A stretch of 64,000 nucleotides of DNA. It comes from Myxococcota bacterium (GTDB lineage Bacteria > Myxococcota_A > UBA796 > CAJQPC01). The translations under genes and the position numbers were made by a program. Below, piece after piece: positions 1 to 9,455 of this stretch. The stretch's first letter is position 1. Every line of letters begins with the position of its first letter. The notes below the pieces were generated by a model. The model was not told where the DNA came from and did not search any database. It saw nothing but the letters and a program-made list of their open reading frames with translations. Location: contig DASCPX010000019.1 of assembly GCA_036012755.1 (NCBI GenBank), positions 1 to 64,000 of the forward strand, given 5' to 3'.

Positions 1-909
1 CAGTGGGGAGACGACGAGCTGGTGGCCGAGGGGTCGACGGACACCGAGAACGACGACTTTGCCGCCGACCACCCAATCGCCATGTTGACCGAGAACAGCT
101 CGGACAAGCGGGTGCAGCTCTTCGTGCAGAGCCAGAGAGAGGCGGGAGACCACGACGAGCTCATCCAGATCGAGTCCGAAGACGAGATCGGGGACGACTT
201 CGGCCTGGACTGCGACAGCGGCAGCAGCAGCTGCACCGACAGCTTCCTGAGCAGCGACGACGGCTACATGGCGATCGAGGCTGACGGAACGGGCAACACG
301 AACTTCGTGGACCAGGCTCGCCACAGCCGCGTCATGTGGCCCTATGTCGACGATCCCATCGTCGACGCAGGCACGGACGAGCCGGTGGTCATGTACCAGA
401 TCGAGCGACCCTCCTCTGGGGACTGCAGCGACTCGGGTGGGTACGATGACATCGGGTGGGCGGACGGAGAGTGGGACACCGGCACCTCCCAGTGGGACTG
501 GACGATCGAGATGGACGGGGCCTCGCCGGACTGCCCGGTGATCCACATCGACGACGGCCACGACAACTCGACCATCCCCCTCCCTGGCGGCGAGTCCAAG
601 ATGTACTTCAAGGACTACACGACCACGCCAGAGGTCTGGAAGGTCATCTACTGGGACGGCTCGGACTGGGTCGACGAAGCCGAAGTGGACTTCGTGTGGG
701 ACAGCGCCAGCACCGGTCCGAGCGACAAGTGCATCGCGAACATCCACGCCATCGTGCACAAGGACGGCAGCACCATCCACGAGGGCATGTTCTTCAGGCT
801 CCTGGATGACGACGCCGACGAATGCAAGATCGTGGGGGGTGGGTTCGACGACGATGGCACGGTCGATCCAGACGACGCCGCCATCGTCTTCGCCGAGCTC
901 GCCAACTGA
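1..909 (+). CDS. Acidic, probably extracellular hypothetical protein (5'-partial)
   Basis: Frame is open from base 1 (QWGDDELVAEG...). Asp/Glu-rich with paired Cys; high GC3 codon usage. Confidence 0.75.
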   Translation, partial: QWGDDELVAEGSTDTENDDFAADHPIAMLTENSSDKRVQLFVQSQREAGDHDELIQIESEDEIGDDFGLDCDSGSSSCTDSFLSSDDGYMAIEADGTGNTNFVDQARHSRVMWPYVDDPIVDAGTDEPVVMYQIERPSSGDCSDSGGYDDIGWADGEWDTGTSQWDWTIEMDGASPDCPVIHIDDGHDNSTIPLPGGESKMYFKDYTTTPEVWKVIYWDGSDWVDEAEVDFVWDSASTGPSDKCIANIHAIVHKDGSTIHEGMFFRLLDDDADECKIVGGGFDDDGTVDPDDAAIVFAELAN

Positions 910-911
910 GC

Positions 912-2813
912 GTGGGCTCCCCCATCCCAGCCGCGCTCCTTTCCGTATTGGCCTGTCGGGACGGTCCCGACACGGCGCCGGTCGACACCGACAGCCCTGA
1001 CTCCGTCGTGGTGGACTCCCCGGTGGACTCCGAGGTGGAAGACTGTCCGACCTGGTTTCCGGACATGGACCGCGATGGCTATGGCGTCGCGGAGGGCGCC
1101 TTCGAGGCCTGCGTCCAACCCGTCGCCAGCGCCGCCATCGATGGAGACTGCGATGACGATGACAGCGCGGTTCACCCAGGCGCCGCGGAGCACTGCGACG
1201 GCCGAGACGAGGACTGTGACGGCATCGTGGACGAAGACCCCGTCGATCCTCCGACCTGGTACCTCGACGACGACCAGGATCTGTGGGGCCTCGACGAGAC
1301 GGTGGTCCAGGCCTGCGAAGCACCCGAGGGCTACGTCGATCGCGGCGGGGACTGTGACGATGCCGACGCTTCCTCCTACCCGGGGGCGGAGGAGATCTGC
1401 GGGGACCGCGCTGACAACGACTGCGCTGGGGACGGGGACCCGGCCTGCCGCCTGGTCGGTGAGGTGGACCTGGCGGATGCCTCCGCCAAGCTGCTCGGAG
1501 ATCGCGCCGGGGAGATTGCCGGCACGATCACATGGCTCGGCGGGGACAGCAACGCCGATGGCACGACCGACCTCGCTGTGCTGGCCACCGGACAGTTCAG
1601 TACCGGCAAGGACCTGGCTGGGCGCCTGTACCTGCTCACGCAGGGGCCCTACTCGGACGCCGATCTCGCGGATGCCGATGCCGTGCTTACAGACGAGGAC
1701 CGCACACTCACCTTCGGCTCCGCACTGGGTGTGGTCCCAGACCTCAACGGCGACGGCTACGACGACCTGGTAGCGGGAGCCTCAAGCTACAATACAGTCT
1801 ACGTACACCTGGGTCCAGTCTCGGGTCCCAGAGATCTGGACGACTCGGACCTGGACTTCACGGGTTCGACCGGCGGACACCTCGCGATGGGGATGGCGGC
1901 ACCTGGAGACATGGACGGCGACGCCTGGAACGACCTCTTGCTCGGAGGACCCGGCCACCTATTCGACGGAGGGACCTACCCCTACACTGGCCAGGCCTAC
2001 CTGTTCCTCGGGCCCATCACCTCCAGCCGAACCCCGAACGACGCGTCCGCCGAGTTGTACCTGGGCCCCGGGCACGACTACAGCTTCCTGGGACGGAGTG
2101 CCTGCGCCGGCGACCTCGACGGCGACGGGCTGCTCGACGTGGCCCTGGGAGCGCCAGGCGCCGGACGCAAGCACGGCACCGTGTTGAACGACTCCGGCGC
2201 CGTCTACGTCGTCCACGGTCCGCTCTCGGGTGCCCTGCCGCTGGTAGACGGGGACGGCCAGCTGGATGCGGCCACCGTTCGCTTCGAGGGGGAGCAGAGC
2301 CAGGACTTCGCCGGCACGTCCTTGGACTGTTCCGGGGACGTAAACGCGGACGGGCACGCGGACATCCTGGTCGGCGCGCCCCACAACAACAGCAGCGACG
2401 AGGACAGCCAAGGCACGGCCTACCTGATCACAAACCCGGCGACAGGCAAGGTGTCGTTGGCACAGGCGGACTGGGTTCTCTCCGGCGACTCCGCTGGCGA
2501 CTTTGTGGGGATCACACTCACCTCTGGGAGCGACCTCGACGCGGATGGCCTGGCTGACATCGCGGTGGGGTCCTACGCGGACGACCTGGGGGAGGTCTAC
2601 GTGTTCTATGGCTCCGTCACGGGGACCGCCGAGCCGGCGGACGCCGACGCGACCCTCGTCGGGGAGAGCGCCGAGGACTATGCCAGCCACGTGGCGGGCG
2701 GCGCCGACGCCGACGCCGACGGCTTCGACGATCTCCTGATCGGAGCGCCGGGCGAGTCGACGAGCGGGACCTGGGCTGGCGCCGCCTACCTCGTTCGAGG
2801 CGGGGACGAATGA
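912..2813 (+). CDS. Lipoprotein with Cys-Asp metal-binding repeats (MopE-related) and FG-GAP/integrin-alpha-like repeats
   Basis: GTG at 912, just after the upstream stop. Lipobox-like VLAC; DCDD...HPGA.E.CDG.D.DCDG motifs; several DLNGDG.DDL..GA repeats. Confidence 0.85.
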   Translation: MGSPIPAALLSVLACRDGPDTAPVDTDSPDSVVVDSPVDSEVEDCPTWFPDMDRDGYGVAEGAFEACVQPVASAAIDGDCDDDDSAVHPGAAEHCDGRDEDCDGIVDEDPVDPPTWYLDDDQDLWGLDETVVQACEAPEGYVDRGGDCDDADASSYPGAEEICGDRADNDCAGDGDPACRLVGEVDLADASAKLLGDRAGEIAGTITWLGGDSNADGTTDLAVLATGQFSTGKDLAGRLYLLTQGPYSDADLADADAVLTDEDRTLTFGSALGVVPDLNGDGYDDLVAGASSYNTVYVHLGPVSGPRDLDDSDLDFTGSTGGHLAMGMAAPGDMDGDAWNDLLLGGPGHLFDGGTYPYTGQAYLFLGPITSSRTPNDASAELYLGPGHDYSFLGRSACAGDLDGDGLLDVALGAPGAGRKHGTVLNDSGAVYVVHGPLSGALPLVDGDGQLDAATVRFEGEQSQDFAGTSLDCSGDVNADGHADILVGAPHNNSSDEDSQGTAYLITNPATGKVSLAQADWVLSGDSAGDFVGITLTSGSDLDADGLADIAVGSYADDLGEVYVFYGSVTGTAEPADADATLVGESAEDYASHVAGGADADADGFDDLLIGAPGESTSGTWAGAAYLVRGGDE

Positions 2814-2832
2814 TCGAGGTCGGGGTGGTTGG

Positions 2833-3516
2833 TCAGTCCCGCGGCGTGAAGCTCAGCGTGACCGTGACGTCCCCGACGTACAAGGGGCTGTTGTCGCAGT
2901 CGTCGACGTCGACGTTGACGGCCTCTGTGGTGGCCCAGGTGTAGCGTCCGCCGTCATTGGACAGGTCCACTCCCTCCTCCCACTGGCCGGAGGTCTCGTT
3001 CTTTCCGAAGAGCACCCACTTGTTGTCGTTGACGAAGGCGAAGCCGAAGCGCCCAGACGCAGGCGGCGCCGTGCCGTCGCCGAAGATCACCGTGCAGGTG
3101 TCCTGGCTGTAGCTGAAGGGGCCCTCGTAGGTGGCGTCGCACTGGGTGCAGATGTCGCCGTCGGTGACCTGCTCCAGGGGCGAGGTGAAGTCCGTGACGC
3201 AGTCGTCGATGGTCTCGTCGAAGTCCCCGGCCCAGGTCTCGCAGGTCACCTTGCGGCCCTTGAAGTCGAAGAGCGAGCGGTGGTCGATGACCGATGGGAA
3301 GTTGCAGGCCGCGAAGGCGTCGCAGTCGCTGTCGTCGCAGTCGGTCTTGCCGTCCTCGTCGTCGTCGAGGCCGTCGCCGCAGTCCTGCTCGGTGTCGGGG
3401 CCGCCCGGATCGCTGTCGTCGACCCCGCCGCTGTCGTCGCCCTCTCCGTTCTTGCGTGGACGGTCGATGTCGTCGCCGGTACCACTGGTACAGGCCAACA
3501 GGGCGATGAGCAGCAC
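2833..3516 (-). CDS. Lipoprotein with Cys/Asp-rich motif
   Basis: MLLIALLAC start with GGAGG RBS; CGDGLDDDEDGKTDCDDSDC motif. Confidence 0.8.
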   Translation of the reverse strand: MLLIALLACTSGTGDDIDRPRKNGEGDDSGGVDDSDPGGPDTEQDCGDGLDDDEDGKTDCDDSDCDAFAACNFPSVIDHRSLFDFKGRKVTCETWAGDFDETIDDCVTDFTSPLEQVTDGDICTQCDATYEGPFSYSQDTCTVIFGDGTAPPASGRFGFAFVNDNKWVLFGKNETSGQWEEGVDLSNDGGRYTWATTEAVNVDVDDCDNSPLYVGDVTVTLSFTPRD

Positions 3517-3524
3517 GGTGCCTC

Positions 3525-3959
3525 CTACTGGGCCATGGACCAGGCCCGCTCGAGCTCGCTGAGGAACAGATCCCCACCATTGAGCGGCGCGACCTCGATC
3601 CGCAAGCGATCTCCGTGGACGGAGATGATGTCGATGATGTCGCCGATGGCCCCGCCGTCGCTTGCTTCGACGCTCTGGATGTCCGCCAGATCGATGCAGC
3701 TGTTGCGGCTGGCCTTGTGGTAGCAGACCCGCTGGTCCGTGACGTAGGCGGCCTCTGTGCCGTCGAGCTGGATGGTGGCGTCGTAGTAGACCACCACGGA
3801 CTCGCCCGCCTCGAGCATGCCGTTGTTGTCGAGGTACTCGATGGCGTAGGCGTCCATCTGGTTGCCGAGCTGGGTGCCACCGGTCTTGCTCGGGTCAGAG
3901 CCAGCGGCCAGCACGAGGAAGGAACAAAGGGCGGCGCTGCTGAGGAGGTGCTTGTTCAC
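3525..3959 (-). CDS. Exported hypothetical protein (possible PH-like fold)
   Basis: GTG start overlaps the upstream stop (GTGA); hydrophobic N-terminus MNKHLLSSAALCSFLVLAAG. Confidence 0.7.
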   Translation of the reverse strand: MNKHLLSSAALCSFLVLAAGSDPSKTGGTQLGNQMDAYAIEYLDNNGMLEAGESVVVYYDATIQLDGTEAAYVTDQRVCYHKASRNSCIDLADIQSVEASDGGAIGDIIDIISVHGDRLRIEVAPLNGGDLFLSELERAWSMAQ

Positions 3960-4396
3960 TGCGTCTCTCTCGAGGGGGGTTCTCTGCGAAGGCTGCGACC
4001 AAAGGCCAGGAGGCCAGCGGCGGCACAGAGTAGCAAGTCGAGCACGTCGAAGGTCCCCGGGAGCAGTCCGATGGCCTGGAGCCCCTCTCCCCCGCAGCCG
4101 ATCAGGACACCAATCCCCAGCCAAGGGGCCGAGCCCAAGGAGACGCGCCCTCGCCACAGGCGCCCCATGAACGCTGTCAGCGCGTAGGTCCACAGCGCAT
4201 CAGGGAGGCTGTAGAGCACGATCTCGGGAATGACCAGACCCTCGACTGCCTCCCGCGCGCTCCCGAGCGGACCGCCGAGGCCAAGGGCCCGGACCCAGTC
4301 GAAGACACGGAGCGCCGATGACCGCCAGAGGAGGTAGACGGCGCTCCCGACCGCGAGTGGTGCAGCTACGTCCGAGGCGAAGAAGCTCGGCTTCAC
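3956..4396 (-). CDS. Hypothetical membrane protein
   Basis: Several hydrophobic segments; YSLPDALW and PGTFD.LDL motifs; abuts the acyl-CoA dehydrogenase gene. Confidence 0.75.
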   Translation of the reverse strand: MKPSFFASDVAAPLAVGSAVYLLWRSSALRVFDWVRALGLGGPLGSAREAVEGLVIPEIVLYSLPDALWTYALTAFMGRLWRGRVSLGSAPWLGIGVLIGCGGEGLQAIGLLPGTFDVLDLLLCAAAGLLAFGRSLRREPPSRETQ

Positions 4397-5974
4397 CTAC
4401 AGCGACAGCGGCGCGCTCAGCCGGTGCTCGACGAGATGGGCGGTGCTCCTGGCTCCGGAGTCGCCGAGCTCCGCGAGGAGGATGGCCTCTGCGACGAAGC
4501 CGGTGGTGAGAGCGAGTCTGCGGGCGTGGGCTTCCAGCCGACCCCGATCGCCCATGAGCCCCTTTGCCTTCTCGACCAGGCGCCCGAGGGTGGTGCGGAT
4601 CTCCGCGTGGACCGGCGTGTTCGACAGCGCGGAAGCCCGCCTTCCGAGTTCGGCCAACAGCGCTGACCACGCCCCCTCCTTGGTCTCCGCACGGAGAAGG
4701 TCCAGGGACAGCACGTTGGTGGTGCCCTCCCAGATCGACAGGACCTGGGAGTCGCGCACCAGCCGCGCCAGGGTCGTGCCCTCCATGTAGCCGGCGCCCC
4801 CGAAGCACTCGATGGCCTCTGACCCGACAGCGGCCGCCTGCTTGCCCAGGGTGAGCTTCGCCAGCGGGATCAGGGCACGCAAGGGGGTGTCCTCCGCCCC
4901 GTCCTCGACCGGCGCCATGCGCGCGGCCACCTCCATGGACAGCGCCAGGGCCCCGGCGTAGTCGGCCTCGATGAGATCCAGCGTCCAGGCGTGCAGCGGG
5001 TGCTCCCGCAGCAGCTTGCCGAAGGCCATGCGGCGGCCGGCGTAGTCCCTGGCCAGGTAGAGCGCCTTGGCCATGCAAGAGGCCGAGCTGACGGCGTTGT
5101 GGAAGCGGGTGACGTTCAGCATCGTCGCGATCGTCGGCACGCCGCGGCCGAGGTCACCGACGAGGGTGGCCTCCACACCGGAGAGCGTGAGCTCCGCGGT
5201 GGGGAGAGCCCGGGTGCCGAGCTTGTCCTTGAGCCGGTTCACTTCGATGTCCTGCATCGCGCCGTATTCGTCGCGGACCACTTCGACGCAGAAGCAGGAG
5301 AGTCCCCGGGAGCCGGGCTGGTCGCCGACCCGGGCCAGGGTGAGCGCCATCTCGCTGGTGACGGCCGAGGTGAAGGACTTGGTCCCGGTGAGCCGATAGC
5401 GCAGCCCGTCGATGTGATCGGCCACCGTGCCGGTGTTGGCCAGATCGGAGCCGCCCGCCGTCTCCGTCATCCACTGGCCAGAGGTGATGAAGGTGGAAGG
5501 GTCCGTCGACAACAGCTGCGGCAGGAGCCGCTCGGTGGCTCCTGGGACCTGCTGCTCGATCAGGACCCGGGCCGCCGCGTCGGTCATCGCCAGCGGGCAG
5601 CTGTAGATGGCGCTCGACGCAGAGAAGAGGTGGAGCAGGGTGGCCTGGACGACCCGCCGGTGGCCGTCGCCCTCGTAGCCGCTGGAGACGAGCCCGTGCT
5701 CGGCCGAGAAGGCCTTCAGCCGCTTCCACGCCGGGGAGACGCGGATCTCGTCGACCCTCCTGCCCCAGGCGTTGAAGGCGATGTGCTCGGGCAGCTGGGC
5801 TTCGGCCTGCTCGCTGAGCTCGTGGAGCTCTGTGGCGGTGGCTCGACCCAGGGCTGCGAAGCGCTCCTCGTTGGCGGCGAGCACCTCTGGAGGGAGGCGG
5901 CGTCGGAGCTCGGCGTGGAGCACCGGGTCGGCGGCGTATTGGTCGACTGGCTGAGGCGGATCCTGGAGGAACAT
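4397..5974 (-). CDS. Acyl-CoA dehydrogenase (AidB-like)
   Basis: SCPLAMTD, GQWMTE..GGSD, RLKDKLGTRALPTAE and IWEGTTNV motifs. Confidence 0.93.
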   Translation of the reverse strand: MFLQDPPQPVDQYAADPVLHAELRRRLPPEVLAANEERFAALGRATATELHELSEQAEAQLPEHIAFNAWGRRVDEIRVSPAWKRLKAFSAEHGLVSSGYEGDGHRRVVQATLLHLFSASSAIYSCPLAMTDAAARVLIEQQVPGATERLLPQLLSTDPSTFITSGQWMTETAGGSDLANTGTVADHIDGLRYRLTGTKSFTSAVTSEMALTLARVGDQPGSRGLSCFCVEVVRDEYGAMQDIEVNRLKDKLGTRALPTAELTLSGVEATLVGDLGRGVPTIATMLNVTRFHNAVSSASCMAKALYLARDYAGRRMAFGKLLREHPLHAWTLDLIEADYAGALALSMEVAARMAPVEDGAEDTPLRALIPLAKLTLGKQAAAVGSEAIECFGGAGYMEGTTLARLVRDSQVLSIWEGTTNVLSLDLLRAETKEGAWSALLAELGRRASALSNTPVHAEIRTTLGRLVEKAKGLMGDRGRLEAHARRLALTTGFVAEAILLAELGDSGARSTAHLVEHRLSAPLSL

Positions 5975-5983
5975 GCCTGATCT

Positions 5984-6994
5984 CTATCCCTTCAAGACCG
6001 GGAGCGTCTCCTGCCCGTGAAAGGCGATACCGAGCACGTCGCAGATCCCGCCGTAGACCCGAGCCTCGCAAGGAGGTAGTCGCGGGTCGGTGGCGACCGG
6101 GTCCTCGCCGGGGCCCAGCTCGGACATCGGGGTCGGCTGACCCGTGTCGACATCGAAGCCGCAGATGATGCCGTTGTTCGGGTCGGGCTCGCCGAGGCTC
6201 TGGTCGCCAGCGAGCAGGGGCGACACCAGCAAGAGCCCGTTGTTGAGGTGATGGCCGGTCCCGAAGCGGCCTCCCCTGTCCCACTTGTCCCGCCCGAACT
6301 CGGTCGAGAACACCATGAGCGTGCGGTCCCAGATGCTGCCGTCGGGCTCCCCGTCGGGGTGCAACAAGGCGGTCTGCTCCAGCCGGGTGATGAGGCCTGC
6401 TGCGACCTCGAGCACCCGATCCCAGTTCTCGGCCTGGGTCGAGGCGTGGTCGTCGTGCGAGCGGTCGAAGGCGAGCCCGCCGTCATCGAGCGTGATCGCG
6501 CAGGAGTCGCCGGACTGCAACAGGCGGTGGGCATCCGCGGCCTGTGCGCCCAGCTCGCCAACAAGACGGGGCCGGGGCATGTCACGCCCGTATGCAGCCG
6601 CGACGGTCTCGCAGAGGGTGAGACCGCCGTTGGCGCCGCCACCGTCGTCGCCGCGGGCACGCGCGGCACGATGGTTCAGGGTCGAGGCCTGGGTGCCGAG
6701 GACGACGCTCTGGTGCCCGAAGCGCTCCAGGAAGGAGACGGGGACCTCCCGGTCGACGCTGCGGATGTTGCCGACACGGACCGTGTCGTGGCTGATGACC
6801 CTGCCGCGCCGTGGGTCAACGGCGGCGACCGCGCGATCGATGGGCATGAAGCAGTCGATCATCTGGGCGCCGCCGGAGCAGGCGAGGACGACCAGGAAGC
6901 GAGGTTCACCCCGGTGGAGGAGGCCCCCGAAGCCCAGCCCTGCAGCGCCGAGCGCGAGCCCGGAGCAGGCGAGGAACCGGCGGCGAGTGGGCAT
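5984..6994 (-). CDS. Tat-exported DUF1501-like protein (possibly internally shortened)
   Basis: TRRRFL twin-arginine signal; GG...D near the N-terminus; FD.SH, TEFGR and GTGHH motifs. Confidence 0.7.
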   Translation of the reverse strand: MPTRRRFLACSGLALGAAGLGFGGLLHRGEPRFLVVLACSGGAQMIDCFMPIDRAVAAVDPRRGRVISHDTVRVGNIRSVDREVPVSFLERFGHQSVVLGTQASTLNHRAARARGDDGGGANGGLTLCETVAAAYGRDMPRPRLVGELGAQAADAHRLLQSGDSCAITLDDGGLAFDRSHDDHASTQAENWDRVLEVAAGLITRLEQTALLHPDGEPDGSIWDRTLMVFSTEFGRDKWDRGGRFGTGHHLNNGLLLVSPLLAGDQSLGEPDPNNGIICGFDVDTGQPTPMSELGPGEDPVATDPRLPPCEARVYGGICDVLGIAFHGQETLPVLKG

Positions 6995-6997
6995 GGC

Positions 6998-7684
6998 TCA
7001 GGTGCCGGGCGCCCAGGAGAACCCTCGCGGGCCGGGGATCCCACGCTCGCGACGAATGTAGCCGAGGAAGGGGTTGGTCCCGAGCTCCCGCTCGATCGTC
7101 GTCATCGGGCCGTGACCCGACCAGACTCGCAGGTGACCCGGGAGCTCGGTGAGGCGCCGCAGCGACTCCGCCATCTGCGCCGGAGAGGACAGGGGGAAGT
7201 CTGTGCGACCGATGCTGCCGAGGAAGAGCGTGTCGCCGACGAGGATGTCCTCGTCGTCGTACCAGCAGCCCTGGCCTGGGGTGTGTCCGGGAGTGGACAG
7301 GAACCTGAGCGTGGTCTCGCCGAGCTGGAGCTCGAAGCCCCCCTCGATCCAGTGGTCGACGCGCCCGCAGGGCCGGTTCAGCTGGGGCATACCGAACATC
7401 GTCCCCTGCATCGGCAGGGTGTCGAAGATGGGCTTGTCGGCCTTCGGGCAGTATGTGGGGACGTCCCAGACCTCCTGCAGGAAGGCCACTGCTCCCGCGT
7501 GGTCGAGGTGCGTATGGGTCAAGAGGATGGCGCGGATGTCGGGGGCCGGATCGAGGGCCTGGAGCCGCTGCACGATCTCGCGGCTCTCTCCGGTGTCGAC
7601 GATGGCGCCGGCCCCGGTCGCGGGGTCGGTGATCAGGTAGGAGTTGACGTCGAAAGCGCCGACGGTGAAGCACTGGACAACCAT
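6998..7684 (-). CDS. MBL-fold metallo-hydrolase (glyoxalase II/YcbL-like)
   Basis: THTHLDH, TPGHTPG, GDTLF.GSIGRTD and GHG..TTI..E motifs. Confidence 0.92.
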   Translation of the reverse strand: MVVQCFTVGAFDVNSYLITDPATGAGAIVDTGESREIVQRLQALDPAPDIRAILLTHTHLDHAGAVAFLQEVWDVPTYCPKADKPIFDTLPMQGTMFGMPQLNRPCGRVDHWIEGGFELQLGETTLRFLSTPGHTPGQGCWYDDEDILVGDTLFLGSIGRTDFPLSSPAQMAESLRRLTELPGHLRVWSGHGPMTTIERELGTNPFLGYIRRERGIPGPRGFSWAPGT

Positions 7685-7705
7685 GCACTCCGCATATCGC
7701 GACGG

Positions 7706-8044
7706 TCAGGGAGCGGCGCTGGCGACCAGGCCGACCATGTGGGTGGCCTCTACCAGCAGCGCGATGACGGCGAGGGAGACCCCCAGCAACAGCAACCACC
7801 GCTGGCCGGTCTTCACCTCTCCCAGTACGCAGGCGAAGGAGCCGAGCACCAGGGGCAACACACCCAGCCAGGGGAACACGAGCTCGGGGGTGGTGGGCTC
7901 GGTCTCCCCCGCGTAGAACCAGTAGCCCATCGCCAGGGCGTCTCCGGCGAAGGCGAAGACCGGGGCGAGCCCGACAGCGCAGACCAACAGCGACATGGCG
8001 CTCACACGCCATGACCAGCGCTTGAGCTGTGACCAGATCTTCAA
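7706..8044 (-). CDS. Small membrane protein
   Basis: About 3 hydrophobic segments. Likely TTG start at 8044 after GAGG; alternative ATG at 7996. Confidence 0.6.
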   Translation of the reverse strand: MKIWSQLKRWSWRVSAMSLLVCAVGLAPVFAFAGDALAMGYWFYAGETEPTTPELVFPWLGVLPLVLGSFACVLGEVKTGQRWLLLLGVSLAVIALLVEATHMVGLVASAAP

Positions 8045-8101
8045 CGCGACCTCACACCGTCGGGGACTATCCCCCGTGGTAGACCCGCACAGGAGGTGGT
8101 C

Positions 8102-8168
8102 GTGATTGCGGCTCTCAGCCTGGCGCTGCTGGCGAGCCCGGCCTCGGCAGAAGGGGACACCGAAGGGG
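8102..8168 (+). pseudogene. 5' remnant of a secreted-protein gene
   Basis: AGGAGG (8091-8096), then GTG and signal peptide MIAALSLALLASPASA-EGDTEG, which runs straight into antisense sigma-factor sequence. Confidence 0.5.
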
Positions 8169-8686
8169 CGGCGGCAGCGCTGGAGCAGCCCTCTGGCTCC
8201 GCTGGCGCTCTCGAGACCCAGGATCTCGGTGATCCGGTCCTGCGGCAGACACTCGACGTAGCGTAGGTGGACCGCCTCCTGCTCGAGCGGGTCCAGCGTG
8301 GCGGAGGCGAGTCGTAGCAGCTCCTCGCGCTCCCTGCGGCGGAGGCGCCCGACCACCGACACAGCGGGATCTCGGGCCTCCAGGACCCCGTCCACCGCCA
8401 GGAGCTCCCCTCACTTTCGCATGGCGTTGAAGCAGAGGTTGCGCGCGATCGAGTACAGCCACGTGCTGAAGGCGGCGCGCCCCTCGAAGGCGTCGAGCTT
8501 CGACCAGGCCACCAGCATCGTGTCCTGGGCAAGGTCCCGTGCCCGCTCGGGGTCGCCGACGAACCGAAGGCAGATCGCGTAGACCCGGTCCTGTTGTCCC
8601 GCAAAGAGTGCGTCGACCTCGTCCGCGACGCGCTCGGCGTCGCTGGGATCGCTCAGAAGCTCGACGAGAGCAGCGCCCGTGTCCAC
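8168..8686 (-). pseudogene. ECF sigma-70 factor with in-frame TGA (8411-8413) and 3' truncation
   Basis: Region 2 (ARDLAQDT...FEGRAAFSTWLYSIARN) is in frame with region 4 (LDPLEQEAVHLRY...I.EILG) across the TGA. Confidence 0.8.
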
Positions 8687-8720
8687 GGTGCGATGGTATC
8701 CGGCGGAGCCGTCCCCGGTC

Positions 8721-9365
8721 TCAGCGACCGTAGATGTGGACCCCCACCCCCACCCTCCACTTCAGCGTGTGGGGGTCCTCGAGCAGCTGAGCTTCCACCG
8801 GAGACTGGACAGCCGCCTGCTGGAAGAGAGCGAGCTCCTCCTCGCTGACGAAGACCGGCTGCCAGGTGCCGGCCCCCTCGACGAAGAAGCTGTATTCCCC
8901 GAAACCCTGGACCGTGACACCGGCCGAGCTCGTCAGCGCGGGCACGAAGGTGATCGTGTCGGTCCAGCGTCCCTCCGCCCCGCGCCCGGCCGTGAAGTTC
9001 GAGTACATCGCCGCTCCCGGGGCCAGGCCCGCGTAGAGCCCGAAGTGCTTCCAGTCCTGGCGTGCTCGGGCGAAGGGCGCGACCTGGTAGGCCGCCGACT
9101 GACCCTTCGAGATGCCGCGATCGGCATACACGATCGCGTAGTCAGGGAAGTCGATGAAGCCCTGGCCACCTACCTCGAGGTGCTCTCCGAGCAGCACGCC
9201 ACCGCCGCCACGCAGGCTGAAGTGACGGCCCGGTAGGAAGGCGAACGCAGTGGTCTCGCCGTCGTAGGCGAGGGCTGGGGTCGCGGCCCCGAAGCCAGCG
9301 CCGAAGCCGAACTCGAAGCGACCTTCAGAGGCCTCGACGGCCGTGATGAGAAGGAGTGACAACAT
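8721..9365 (-). CDS. Outer-membrane beta-barrel-like protein
   Basis: Short signal peptide; alternating Gly/aromatic strands; C-terminal WRVGVGVHIY. Confidence 0.65.
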   Translation of the reverse strand: MLSLLLITAVEASEGRFEFGFGAGFGAATPALAYDGETTAFAFLPGRHFSLRGGGGVLLGEHLEVGGQGFIDFPDYAIVYADRGISKGQSAAYQVAPFARARQDWKHFGLYAGLAPGAAMYSNFTAGRGAEGRWTDTITFVPALTSSAGVTVQGFGEYSFFVEGAGTWQPVFVSEEELALFQQAAVQSPVEAQLLEDPHTLKWRVGVGVHIYGR

Positions 9366-9455
9366 CAGACATGAGGTGCCCTGAATTCCTCACCTTGTTC
9401 GTCAAGGCCTCGCCAAGTTAGCCCTCGGTGTTCGAAACCCCCCATGGAGACTGGA

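Noticed and set aside
8411..8413. Selenocysteine or TGA recoding in the sigma factor
   Set aside because: The position is a basic linker rather than a Cys site, there is no convincing SECIS, TGA is the normal stop elsewhere, and the gene is also truncated.
9400..9445. tRNA-like GTTCGAAAC
   Set aside because: No cloverleaf can be formed; it is a short divergent promoter region.
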